NCBI GenBank assembly: GCA_965204575.1
Contig: OZ241993.1
Location: 1,632,001-1,696,000, forward strand
Direction of reading: 5' to 3'
Source of the DNA: an uncultured candidatus Porisulfidus sp.
GTDB lineage: Bacteria; Pseudomonadota; Gammaproteobacteria; Poriferisulfidales; Poriferisulfidaceae
Length of the DNA stretch: 64,000 nucleotides
The translations under genes and the position numbers were made by a program. This document shows, in pieces, positions 12,753-25,958 of the stretch. Every line of letters begins with the position of its first letter. Position 1 is the first letter of the stretch. The notes beneath the pieces were generated by a model. It had not been told where the DNA came from. It searched no databases and saw only the letters and a list, made by a program, of their open reading frames with translations.

Positions 12753-12756
<4 letters not shown>

Positions 12757-13217
12757 GCCCCGATCTCCGCGCCTTCGATGGTCTGCCCGGGCGCAAGCCG
12801 CACATAGGCCTTGCTCCAGTCACTGCGGCGACCCCGGCGCTTGACCTTGCCGCGGACGTTGGCCACCCGCACGCCATCAACCTTTACGTCGAACATCGTC
12901 TCCACCGCATGCTTGACTTCGTCGCGGGTCGCGTCCGTCTTCACCTCGAAGACATGCTGCTCGCTTTCCGCCAGGCGCACCGATTTCTCGGACATCCGGG
13001 CACCCAGGATCACCTGGCTCAGGCGTTCTTCGCTGGGCTTCTTGGCGACGGCCGGGGCGGGTTTCGGCTTGGCCGGCTTCGCCGGAACGGCCTCGGCTTT
13101 CTTCGCCGCAGCCGGCTTGGCCTCAGCCTCCGGCTTGTCAATCTTCTTGACTTCCTCGGCGGGCGCCTCCTTCGGCTTGCCCCTGAAGAGACTCTTGATC
13201 TTTCCGAACATGCTCAT
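12753..13217 (-). CDS. rplW: 50S ribosomal protein L23 with ~60-aa N-terminal extension
   Basis: Core [35 protein letters not shown]; start ATG overlaps the rplD stop (ATGA at 13214-13217). Confidence 0.93.
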
Positions 13218-13837
13218 GACGCCGCACCCCCCAGGCGTTGTTCCAGAAGGCTCAGCGCCGACCGGGTCACCAGCACATGTTCGTATCGCAGCAGCGATAC
13301 CGGATCCACTGCGTTCACTTCGCAGGCATCGTAGTTCGGCAGATTGCGGACGGCCAGGAATACGTTCGGCTCCATGCGCTCGACCAGGATCAGGACGCTG
13401 GTCAGGCCGAGCCCCTCAAGTTTCTCGCGCGCAAGCCGGGTCTTCGGCTCCGGCAGATCGAACGATTCCACGACGTGCAGGCGTTCCTGGCGCAGCAGTT
13501 CGGAGAAGATCGAACGCATCGCGTGGCGGTACATCTTCTTGTTCAGCTTGGCGTTGTACGTGCGATTGGTCGCCGGGTGCGTCACACCCCCGCCGCGCCA
13601 GATCGGCGAGCGGATGCTTCCGGCCCGGGCTCGCCCGGTGCCTTTCTGGCGCCAGGGCTTGGCGCCGCCGCCACGGACCGCGGCGCGATTCTTCTGCGCG
13701 GATGTCCCCTGGCGGCCCCGCTGCGCGTAGGTCACCACCGCCTGGTGAATCAGCGCCTCGTGAAATGCCACGCCAAAGCACTCGTCTGCGACGGTCACGG
13801 CAGCCTGGGTATCGCGGGTCTTCAGTTCCATGTCCAT
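13214..13837 (-). CDS. rplD: 50S ribosomal protein L4
   Basis: KPWRQKGTGRARAGSIRSPIWRGGG; start at 13837 or 13831. Confidence 0.97.
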   Translation of the reverse strand: MDMELKTRDTQAAVTVADECFGVAFHEALIHQAVVTYAQRGRQGTSAQKNRAAVRGGGAKPWRQKGTGRARAGSIRSPIWRGGGVTHPATNRTYNAKLNKKMYRHAMRSIFSELLRQERLHVVESFDLPEPKTRLAREKLEGLGLTSVLILVERMEPNVFLAVRNLPNYDACEVNAVDPVSLLRYEHVLVTRSALSLLEQRLGGAAS

Positions 13838-13841
13838 TCCC

Positions 13842-14471
13842 TCACTGCGCCGGGCGGACAACCACCCGTCCGCCGGTGGCGCCCGGAACGGCGCCGCGAA
13901 TCCAAAGCAGTTGCTCTTCGCTGTTGACCTGGACCACTTCCAGGTTGCGCTGGGTGACCTGCTTGCCGCCCATGCGCCCGGGCATCTTCTTGCCCTTGAA
14001 CACGCGCCCCGGGAACTGGCACTGTCCGGTCGCGCCCATCACCCGGTGCGACAGCGAATTGCCGTGCGAGCGGTCCTGGCCGCGGAAGTTGTGCCGCTTG
14101 ATCGTGCCGGCGAAGCCCTTGCCGATCGTGGTGCCGCTGACGTTGACCTTCTGTCCGACTTCGAACAGGTCCGCGCCGACTTCAGCGCCAACCTCCGGAA
14201 TCTCCTCGTCCGCGTCGACCCTGAATTCCTTGAGGCCGCGGGCGGTCTCCAGCCCGATCTGCTTGATTTCGCCCGCCAGCGGGCGGCGCATCCGTTTCGC
14301 CGGACGGGTGCCGTAGCTCATCTGCACGGCTGCATAGCCGTCCGATTCCCCGGTCTTCACGCGCACCACCCGGTTGGCGTCCACCGAAACCAGCGTCACC
14401 GGCACGGACTCGCCGCTGTCGCGAAACAGCCGCGTCATGCCGATCTTGGTTCCGATGATGCCGAGGCCCAT
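13842..14471 (-). CDS. rplC: 50S ribosomal protein L3
   Basis: GTKIGMTR; [13 protein letters not shown]; [15 protein letters not shown]. Confidence 0.98.
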   Translation of the reverse strand: MGLGIIGTKIGMTRLFRDSGESVPVTLVSVDANRVVRVKTGESDGYAAVQMSYGTRPAKRMRRPLAGEIKQIGLETARGLKEFRVDADEEIPEVGAEVGADLFEVGQKVNVSGTTIGKGFAGTIKRHNFRGQDRSHGNSLSHRVMGATGQCQFPGRVFKGKKMPGRMGGKQVTQRNLEVVQVNSEEQLLWIRGAVPGATGGRVVVRPAQ

Positions 14472-14483
14472 GATTCCGTCCCT

Positions 14484-14876
14484 TTACTTGAGCTGGACAT
14501 TGATGCCGGCGGGCAGGTCCAGCTTCATCAACGCGTCCACCGTCTTCTCGGAGGGGTTGATGATGTCGATCATGCGTTTGTGGGTGCGGATTTCGTACTG
14601 GTCACGCGCATCCTTGTCGACATGCGGGGAAATCAGCACGGTAAATCGCTCCATCCGGGTCGGCAGCGGGATCGGCCCGTGCACCTGGGCTCCGGTGCGC
14701 CGCGCCGTCTCGACGATCTCTTTCGCCGACTGGTCCACCAGCCGGTGGTCGAACGCCTTCAACCGCAGCCGCAGGCTGCTGTAGCGGCCCTTCCCTTTCT
14801 TCGGTGCAGCCGAAACCGCTTCGGATACCGCAGTTTCCGTTTTCGGTTGGCGGGCTTTTTTCTTTGGAGCGGCCAT
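14484..14876 (-). CDS. rpsJ: 30S ribosomal protein S10 with ~27-aa basic N-terminal extension
   Basis: [16 protein letters not shown]; GPIPLPT; [11 protein letters not shown]. Confidence 0.96.
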   Translation of the reverse strand: MAAPKKKARQPKTETAVSEAVSAAPKKGKGRYSSLRLRLKAFDHRLVDQSAKEIVETARRTGAQVHGPIPLPTRMERFTVLISPHVDKDARDQYEIRTHKRMIDIINPSEKTVDALMKLDLPAGINVQLK

Positions 14877-14909
14877 GGTTCGATTCAGTCTGCGGTTATT
14901 CGAAATGTG

Positions 14910-16100
<1,191 letters not shown>

Positions 16101-16116
16101 CGTTCTGTCTCCTGGT

Positions 16117-18213
<2,097 letters not shown>

Positions 18214-18217
18214 GGTC

Positions 18218-18709
<492 letters not shown>

Positions 18710-19084
18710 TTAATTTTTGGGCCGCTTGGTTCCGTACTTGGAACGGCCTTGCCGGCGATCCGCAACCCCCTGGGTGTCGAGGCTGCCGCGCACCGTGTGG
18801 TAGCGCACGCCCGGCAGGTCCTTGACGCGACCGCCACGGATCAGGACGACTGAATGTTCTTGGAGATTGTGCCCTTCGCCACCGATGTAACTGGTGACTT
18901 CGAAGCCGTTGGTCAGACGGACGCGGGCGACCTTGCGGAGTGCGGAATTGGGCTTCTTTGGAGTGGTGGTATAGACACGAGTACAGACCCCGCGTCGTTG
19001 CGGGCAACGGGCGAGCGCCGGCACGTTGCTTTTGCTCGTAGGGCGTTTGCGCGGCTTGCGCACCAACTGGTTGATTGTGGCCAT
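18710..19084 (-). CDS. rpsL: 30S ribosomal protein S12
   Basis: MATINQLVR; [13 protein letters not shown]; GGRVKDLPG. Confidence 0.99.
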   Translation of the reverse strand: MATINQLVRKPRKRPTSKSNVPALARCPQRRGVCTRVYTTTPKKPNSALRKVARVRLTNGFEVTSYIGGEGHNLQEHSVVLIRGGRVKDLPGVRYHTVRGSLDTQGVADRRQGRSKYGTKRPKN

Positions 19085-19167
19085 CGTGTCATCAATGAAT
19101 TGGCGTTCATTTATAAAAACAGGCCAGCGCCCGTGGTCGGAAGCTGGCCCGCCAAAACTGGCGGCGA

Positions 19168-19176
19168 ATTATAGCA
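19168..19176 (-). promoter_or_regulatory. Putative extended -10 sigma70 promoter of the str operon
   Basis: Minus strand reads TGCTATAAT (TGn + perfect TATAAT) ~85 bp upstream of rpsL. Confidence 0.55.
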
Positions 19177-19301
19177 CAAGGGGAAACCGAAAACTCTGTT
19201 TCGGCGTGTTCACATTCCTGTCATCGGGCAGGGTCAAAAACAGCCACTTTCGCGGCTTCTCTTGTATTGACAGGAATGGAAGTTTTGGCCTGGCCGGCCG
19301 T

Positions 19302-19331
19302 AGCCCGAGCAGGGGTATACCCTGTCGGGCT
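19302..19331 (-). terminator. Stem-loop just downstream of aprA (terminator or mRNA stabiliser)
   Basis: AGCCCGA-G-CAGGG / GTATA loop / CCCTG-TCGGGCT; no clear U-tract. Confidence 0.4.
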
Positions 19332-19343
19332 TGAACCGTATCT

Positions 19344-21188
19344 TTAGTCGATGATGTGGTGAACGGGCGCCTTCTCCATCTCCCACTCATCGGAGTCCCG
19401 ATCATAGCGGGACAGGGTGAGGCAATGCCAATCCTGATCGTCGAGTTTCGGGAAATCGCCCCGGTAGTAGTAGCCGGGCCAACGCGTCTCCTTGCGGAAC
19501 AGCGTGTGGTGGGCGACCGACTGCGAAGCCAGGAACCGATGATGAAGCTCCCATGTTCTCTGCAACTGGTGAAAGTCTTCGGCCCCGACATTGTTGAGAT
19601 CCTTCTTCAGCATGTCCAGCAACTCCAAACCGCGGGTGAGCAGGGGCTCGTTCGTCATGTAGTTCGTGCTGATTCCGCCGACGTATTCGTCCATGATCTT
19701 TTCGAGACGCTGAAGGCCATGGATCGGCAGAATGTAACTCGGCGAGACGGTTCCCGCCACGATCTCGTTGCGGCCGACCTGGTAGTTCTCCAGAGGCTGG
19801 TAGATCGTCTCCTTCAGATCCTGGCACTGTTTTTCGCTGACTTGAAGTTTTTCATTCTTCAGGTCGTTGATGTAATTGACCGCCGCCTTGGCTGCGATTC
19901 GGCCTTCCGTGTAGGACCCCGATGAGAACTTGTGCGCGCTGCCGCCGATCGTGTCGCCGGCACCGAACAGCCCTTCAACGGTCATCATCCGGTTGTAGCC
20001 CCACTGATAATCAGCAGGCGCGACATCCTCGGGGCCGCTGGCCCAGGCTCCCGAACAAGTCGCATGAGAACCCATGACGTAGGGCTCGGAAGTCGTCAGT
20101 TCCGGGTTGATGTGCTTGGGATCGATGTTCTGTGCCGCCCACACCACCGCCTGACCGATGGTCATGCCGAGGAAGTTTTCCCAGCCCACGGTTTCCTTGT
20201 GCGGATCCTGGAAAGCCTCTTTGGTTACCATGCGGATGGGGCCCCTGCCCGCCTTCACTTCTTCAAGAAAAGCGTGGTTGCGCAGACAGGTCGGGGTCGG
20301 ATGGTGATCGATGTAATCTCCGACCATTTCCTTCGTGTGCTCATACCACTTGGACTCGTACTCTTCGCCGTACCCGTTCTGGGTGTAGGTCTTGAGGTGC
20401 AGGAAGTAGGCGCCGACCGGGCCGTAGCCATCCTTGAAACGGGCCAGGACAATCCGGTTCTCCATCTGCGTCATCTTGGCGCCGGCGAGAATCGGCAGCG
20501 CATAGGCTGAGGCACTGCTCCACGGCGCATACCAGGTGCGCCCCATGCCCTCTCCCACGGAACGGGGCTTGTAAATGTGCGAGGCCCCCCCGGCGCAGAC
20601 GATCACGGCCTTGGCGCGGAACACGTAGAAATCCCCGGTCCGGACATTGAAGCCGACGGCACCGGCCACCCGGTTCGGTTTCGACTCGTCCATCAGCAGG
20701 TGGGTCACCATGATCCGGTTGTAGACTTCGTTGGCGGCCTTGCGGGCCGCTTCGGCGACGATCGGCTTGTAGCTTTCGCCGTGAATCATGATCTGCCACT
20801 TGCCTTCGCGCTGGTAGCGCCCCGTTTCCGGGTCCCGCATCATGGGCAGGCCCCACTCTTCGAACTTGTGCACGGTGGCGTCGACGTGCCGGGCGATGTC
20901 GTAGCCCAGGTCCTCTCGCACCAGCCCCATGAGGTCGTTGCGCGCGTAACGGACATGATCCTCCGGCTGATTCTCGCCCCACTGCATGCCCATGTAGCAG
21001 TTGATTGCGTACAGGCCCTGTGCGACCGCACCGCTTCGTTCGATGTTGGCCTTCTCGACGCAGACCACCTTCAGGTCGCGCCCCCAGTATCTGGATTCGT
21101 ACGTGGCGCCACAGCCGGCCATGCCGCCGCCGACGACGAGAACGTCGGAATCGACAACAACGGTTTTTCTTCGGTTAAACAATCCCAT
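19344..21188 (-). CDS. aprA: Adenylylsulfate (APS) reductase alpha subunit
   Basis: GGGMAGCG FAD motif; ERSGAVAQGLYAINCY; WQIMIHGESYKP; RFKDGYGPVGA; ETRWPGYYYRGD. Confidence 0.97.
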   Translation of the reverse strand: MGLFNRRKTVVVDSDVLVVGGGMAGCGATYESRYWGRDLKVVCVEKANIERSGAVAQGLYAINCYMGMQWGENQPEDHVRYARNDLMGLVREDLGYDIARHVDATVHKFEEWGLPMMRDPETGRYQREGKWQIMIHGESYKPIVAEAARKAANEVYNRIMVTHLLMDESKPNRVAGAVGFNVRTGDFYVFRAKAVIVCAGGASHIYKPRSVGEGMGRTWYAPWSSASAYALPILAGAKMTQMENRIVLARFKDGYGPVGAYFLHLKTYTQNGYGEEYESKWYEHTKEMVGDYIDHHPTPTCLRNHAFLEEVKAGRGPIRMVTKEAFQDPHKETVGWENFLGMTIGQAVVWAAQNIDPKHINPELTTSEPYVMGSHATCSGAWASGPEDVAPADYQWGYNRMMTVEGLFGAGDTIGGSAHKFSSGSYTEGRIAAKAAVNYINDLKNEKLQVSEKQCQDLKETIYQPLENYQVGRNEIVAGTVSPSYILPIHGLQRLEKIMDEYVGGISTNYMTNEPLLTRGLELLDMLKKDLNNVGAEDFHQLQRTWELHHRFLASQSVAHHTLFRKETRWPGYYYRGDFPKLDDQDWHCLTLSRYDRDSDEWEMEKAPVHHIID

Positions 21189-21203
21189 TAGTCTGCTCCT
21201 TGC

Positions 21204-21650
21204 TTAAGTGGCCGGCTTCAATGTGGGTAGCCCGCTGTCGATGTTGAGTGCATCCGGTTCATGTGCGAGTTCTTGAGACTGAAACGCTTCCGCACTAGGC
21301 GCGTCCAGTTCTGCCGGTGACGGAATGGTGCCCCATTCGGTAGTACGAATCGGCGATTCGAAATTCTTTTCCCGGCCATCCTGGAACAGAATCTTCCAGG
21401 AGATCGTGCCCTTTTCTTCTTCGCGAAGCGCTCTGACGCTGTGGCCGAGAGGCGCGAAATCGGCATAGCCGCGCGCATCGATCGCATTTTGCGGACACGC
21501 CTTCACGCAGGAGTAACACTCCCAGCACATGTTGGGCTCAATGTTGTAGGCACGCCGATAGGTCTTATCGATGTGCATGATGTCCGAGGGACAGATGTCG
21601 ACACAGTGACCGCAACCGTCACAGCGCGTCATATAAACGAAAGTAGGCAT
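21204..21650 (-). CDS. aprB: APS reductase beta subunit (2x[4Fe-4S])
   Basis: MPTFVYMTRCDGCGHCVDICPSDIM; CWECYSCVKACP; GYADFAPLG. Confidence 0.97.
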   Translation of the reverse strand: MPTFVYMTRCDGCGHCVDICPSDIMHIDKTYRRAYNIEPNMCWECYSCVKACPQNAIDARGYADFAPLGHSVRALREEEKGTISWKILFQDGREKNFESPIRTTEWGTIPSPAELDAPSAEAFQSQELAHEPDALNIDSGLPTLKPAT

Positions 21651-21733
21651 GCTGTTCCGTCCTCTCCTATCGTTGAGTGAACAATTGTTCCTTCTCGAGG
21701 GTTAATGGCCTAATCAAAAACAGACCAGACGAG

Positions 21734-22507
21734 TTAATAATTCGTCGGCGCCCCGCGCGCCGAACCAAAGGTTTCAGGCTTGTCCGCCGGTGCCGGCAGG
21801 TTGCTTCTCGTCCCGGCCGCTTCCGCCACTCTTTTCTGCAAGGCGGCAGAAGGCTTGAAAAACATGTGCGCGAACTTGGACCAGGGGATGGACCCGAACA
21901 GTACTGCGGTCGAAAGCACGTACAGCCCGAAAGCCAGCCATCCGATCATCGATGTCCCCAACCATGACCACACCAGGGCCAGCGTCGAGCTCGCAAGCAG
22001 CGAAAGGATGAACAGGTCGGCCTGCGAAATACTGAAAGGCGAATTGCCCTCGGCCGCAACGTCAACCCGGATAAAGAACCAGAACCAATAGCCGCCGACA
22101 CAGACCATCAACGCCCCGATGTGCCACATCATCGGCCAGATCGTGGGGCCGACTGAGGTTGAATAGCAAAACACCATGACGGCGGTTGCGACGACATACC
22201 CGACGAAGCCGTACATCGTCAGCAGATGGGCGATTCGTCTTTGATTGGAGCAAAATTCCGATGATGTCAAGACCTCGCTGGCTAGGGTCTGGACCGCCAT
22301 GGACACGACTTGTCCGCCCCCGACTTGGTTGGTTCCCTTAGTCTTGGATTTCTTCCAATCTTCGAAAAAATACTTGGCGCTTTTCTTATGTATGACGTCA
22401 AACAACGTACCCACCACGACCAGAGCAAACATGACGATAACGAAAGTCTGCATCACTGCAACATCGATGTACGCCGAAAGCTCAGCAAAAGGATTGCTGG
22501 TGAACAT
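21734..22507 (-). CDS. aprM: APS reductase membrane anchor AprM
   Basis: Multi-TM; GTLFDVIHKKSAKYFF; AHLLTMYGF; GGYWFWFFIRVDV; WSKFAHMFFKP; directly upstream of aprB. Confidence 0.9.
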   Translation of the reverse strand: MFTSNPFAELSAYIDVAVMQTFVIVMFALVVVGTLFDVIHKKSAKYFFEDWKKSKTKGTNQVGGGQVVSMAVQTLASEVLTSSEFCSNQRRIAHLLTMYGFVGYVVATAVMVFCYSTSVGPTIWPMMWHIGALMVCVGGYWFWFFIRVDVAAEGNSPFSISQADLFILSLLASSTLALVWSWLGTSMIGWLAFGLYVLSTAVLFGSIPWSKFAHMFFKPSAALQKRVAEAAGTRSNLPAPADKPETFGSARGAPTNY

Positions 22508-22655
22508 ATTTTTTGGATCCCAGGTTATTTTGGTTATGTGTCGGGTTTGTCATTATACAAAACTTTGTAATATCGGCTTCAATCATCCCGCCTGTGCAAC
22601 CGTCATATTGAATCCAACTTACAGTTGCAAATCAACCTGAGGTTTTCAGAATCGG

Positions 22656-23405
22656 TTACTCCGCTGTCTGCATCGAAACAGGCTCAGTCGGGTCGCCTTG
22701 CAAGCGGTAAACAGAAAAAGCATGCTCCTTGCCTGCATTGGGATTGGAAATAGTGGCCGTAGAAATCTCGTTACTGCGCAAGTCAAATTGGTAAGCCACC
22801 ACAATTTCATTCGCCTCCCTCCTGACCACTTCACCAACACAGACAAATGGACCATCAATGGCATAACCAGTAGGAACGATAAGAGTCCGCTGATGGGCCG
22901 TACCCTCCACTAGAGCAAATGGTGTCGGCGCCACGTACATCTTCCTGTCTCGCACCAGAATGTCACCGTAGCTCCCAAACCCCTTGAAGCTTTCATTCTT
23001 GTGCACATAGGTATTGTCGGCATTCAGGAACTCCCCATGACACATGACGAAGTCGAGCACCGGATAGCGGTCACCATCCGGCTTTTTCGGATAGCGTCCA
23101 AAGACATAAAAAATTTGACGTCCATTGTGTTCGCCACGGGGAATTTGACTATTGCAGTCGTAGTTGGCTGATCGGCCTGGGTAAGCCAGTCCTTTCAACT
23201 CAAAACCCTCGGCCGAGTTGACCAAGCAGAAGTCAGGGTATGTGTTTCTGCCTGGCAAATCATAGTGGAGTTCGAGTTCGTCCAGACGACACGCAAACCA
23301 ATTTTGAAGATGGAATTCTTTGTCCTTCTGCCCTTCCCGTTCAATCAATGTGCCCGCCCGAATAGCCTGAACGCAAGCTTCGAAAATAACTGTCGCCTTT
23401 GACAC
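22656..23405 (-). CDS. Putative type II restriction endonuclease (PD-(D/E)xK)
   Basis: YPDF-x8-GFELKG catalytic pattern; starts 2 bp after the methylase stop. Confidence 0.65.
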   Translation of the reverse strand: MSKATVIFEACVQAIRAGTLIEREGQKDKEFHLQNWFACRLDELELHYDLPGRNTYPDFCLVNSAEGFELKGLAYPGRSANYDCNSQIPRGEHNGRQIFYVFGRYPKKPDGDRYPVLDFVMCHGEFLNADNTYVHKNESFKGFGSYGDILVRDRKMYVAPTPFALVEGTAHQRTLIVPTGYAIDGPFVCVGEVVRREANEIVVAYQFDLRSNEISTATISNPNAGKEHAFSVYRLQGDPTEPVSMQTAE

Positions 23406-23407
23406 GA

Positions 23408-25609
23408 TTATGCCGCCTTCCCTCTGACTTCCAACGTCTCCGTTCCGTGCAGATGTCCAACCTGTCGATTGATCTCTTCCATACTTTCGTCAAGAAGTTG
23501 CAAGGATTCCTGTGTTGCACTTCCGTATGAGAGGTAGCGCAGGAATTGAGCCATTAGGATAACGAGTACATCGTTACGACTGAGTTCTCTCCCCGCTGCT
23601 TTCAATCTGTCGGCTTGGTGCTCAGCTGTCTTCAGCCAGTCAGAAGCCTTCTCCGACTGGCTTAAAGCAAGACGTTTTCGGCATACGATGATGATGTCCA
23701 GATCGATCGGCTCTTTCGCCTGATGCTTGGGCATGGCGACCGACATCTCCGCCTTGACCGGATGGGCCGCCGTGATGACGAAGCCCGCGTCCATGAGTGC
23801 CTCAAGGACCGCCCGCCAGCCTTCGGGCCGGGAATGATGGTAGGTAAAAACTAGCAGGCCGTCGTCTTTCAGGACGCGGCAGGTTTCCTGCCAGACACTC
23901 TCCAAGCGCGACGTGAATGCTGCCGCATCGCCATTCTGAACCTCGCCGCTGGCACGAGTCGTCTCACGCGCTCTAGGCCCAGATGTTCCCAAGATATGCC
24001 GTTGCCAAACGTGGAAAAAGTCCGCCAATTGCGAGTAATGGACATTGTCGAAGAACGGCGGGTCCGTAATGACCGCATCGACAGACTGGTCAGGCAAATC
24101 CGTACGGCTCGAATCGCCACAGGACAGATAAATCGGCTTTCCGCTCTCGAATTCCCGGTAATCCTCTGCAAAGTCGCAGCCTAAGCGTTCCGACAACCCG
24201 AACACCTTTACAGGCTTCCTGCCCGCTTCCGACGGGCTAATCTCGAATGGGTCTTCGGCATAGTCCAAGGCACGCCGAATCCGGCCCTCAAACATTGTGG
24301 AGAATGACCCCGAACTCTTGGGTGTGCCCCACAGGTTGGCTTCCAGCGGGGTCCGTTCAGGCTTCAGGATGTGGTGCGCAAACATGTGCCGGACCGCGCC
24401 CGTCCCTTCTCCCTTGTATGAGGCGAATTGATTGTTGAATTCCAGCGCCCCCGAGAAAAGGCAAGTAAAAAGGTTCTTCAGGTCGGGGTCTTCGATGTCC
24501 CGGATCCGGTCTGCAAGAATCGACAGGCACAGGAGTTGGCGAGCATTAAACATGTTGTGCCAATGCCGATAGTTGTAGCCAAGGGCTTGATTGGTGTTGT
24601 AGCCCGCCTTGATTTTGACAACGGGGAACGGATTCTCCCGATCGTTCAGTTCCACTTCCGCCGCCTGATACTGTGCCCGGTCTTCTTCGGTCGCAGGAAG
24701 ATACTGCTTGGATCCGTCCGGCATCAAAACCAGTTTCGCGTATAGCCGGTGACGAGGAGGCTCCTCGCTTTCCCGAACCCGTCGCACGATTGAGAATGTA
24801 TGCTGGCAAGATGGGCATTGGGCATTCTGCCTTTGGACCGGACCCACCTGAGGATTGAAGGATGCACCACAGATCCCGCATTCCTCGTCCTCAGAATCGT
24901 AACGCGTCTGGTTGATGGCACCGCACTGCGGACAGACTGCCCGAGCCGTTGGATAGCGACCCGGATAGGCATGCCGAGCGAAGACGTACGAGGAAAACAA
25001 ATCAACATCGCCGGAGCACTGCGGGCAATCCAGTACCTTGACCCAGAAAAAACACAACGCATCCGCAGAAGTACCATCGGGAAGGGTGACTTTGTAATAC
25101 TGCCGAATCTGATCCCCAACGTCCTCGTCAATCGCCCGGAATGTATCCAGAATGGCTCGTCGGTCGTGAGATGCCAAAGCATTCCGCACCAAGAAATGGG
25201 CGACGGGGTTGATGTCCCGCCCAATCGCCCTGCCCCCCAACTTGGCAACTTCACCGATAGTCGTCCCGCTCCCCATGAAAGGATCGAAAATGATCTGCTC
25301 GGGGATCCGCGTACATCGGTAGAAAAGGTCCAGAACGTCCGAGCCCGTCGGTGCAGATGCAGCGATCGTAATTGCCCGAAATACCGAGCCAAGCCGGTGC
25401 GCCCACCATTTGTGTATGTGGTAGATCGGACGGTTGATTTCTTTGCGCCAGCTTTCCGCTTCAGCAATCCGGCTTAATTCTTCAAATGGGAAATTCTCTT
25501 CTTCGATGGCCCGCTGACCGCCAGTCGGAGAAATTAGGACATTCTTCGACCTGCCGTCAAGCAACTCGAGTTGTCTAGATTCACTCCGCATCCGCGAAGA
25601 GACTCTCAT
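23408..25609 (-). CDS. Adenine-specific DNA methyltransferase with Zn-ribbon insert (DUF1156/COG1743-like)
   Basis: HKWWAHR; DPFMGSGTT (motif I); four CxxC pairs; TDPPF (motif IV); GAGGA RBS before ATG 25609. Confidence 0.85.
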   Translation of the reverse strand: MRVSSRMRSESRQLELLDGRSKNVLISPTGGQRAIEEENFPFEELSRIAEAESWRKEINRPIYHIHKWWAHRLGSVFRAITIAASAPTGSDVLDLFYRCTRIPEQIIFDPFMGSGTTIGEVAKLGGRAIGRDINPVAHFLVRNALASHDRRAILDTFRAIDEDVGDQIRQYYKVTLPDGTSADALCFFWVKVLDCPQCSGDVDLFSSYVFARHAYPGRYPTARAVCPQCGAINQTRYDSEDEECGICGASFNPQVGPVQRQNAQCPSCQHTFSIVRRVRESEEPPRHRLYAKLVLMPDGSKQYLPATEEDRAQYQAAEVELNDRENPFPVVKIKAGYNTNQALGYNYRHWHNMFNARQLLCLSILADRIRDIEDPDLKNLFTCLFSGALEFNNQFASYKGEGTGAVRHMFAHHILKPERTPLEANLWGTPKSSGSFSTMFEGRIRRALDYAEDPFEISPSEAGRKPVKVFGLSERLGCDFAEDYREFESGKPIYLSCGDSSRTDLPDQSVDAVITDPPFFDNVHYSQLADFFHVWQRHILGTSGPRARETTRASGEVQNGDAAAFTSRLESVWQETCRVLKDDGLLVFTYHHSRPEGWRAVLEALMDAGFVITAAHPVKAEMSVAMPKHQAKEPIDLDIIIVCRKRLALSQSEKASDWLKTAEHQADRLKAAGRELSRNDVLVILMAQFLRYLSYGSATQESLQLLDESMEEINRQVGHLHGTETLEVRGKAA

Positions 25610-25958
25610 GTCATATCCTCCTTGGATGCAACCGGACCCGAAAAATTTTGGGAAAAGATTTGTCACCCCATCCTGCCACTAATACTACCATCCTCCCTGT
25701 TGACTTGTTTCGCTCCCGTGCACAACCTCAATTTTTGCTTTACTCACTCTAAGGCTCCGAAGTGAAATCGTCTTTTTTGTAATCTACAAAGTCATTCTGG
25801 TTTTACTTTCGGCGAGATTTGGCTGCTATATATCCAACTTCCGACTACGTCTTGCACTATATTTTGGCTAGTAATTTTCTATCTCTCCAACAGCATTTAG
25901 ATTTCTATTACGTACATTGACCGCGATGACTTGGCTACTACATTGATAACCATCAGTG

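Noticed and set aside
18710-19084. Streptomycin-resistance alleles in rpsL
   Set aside because: PKKPNS and RVKDLP are wild type
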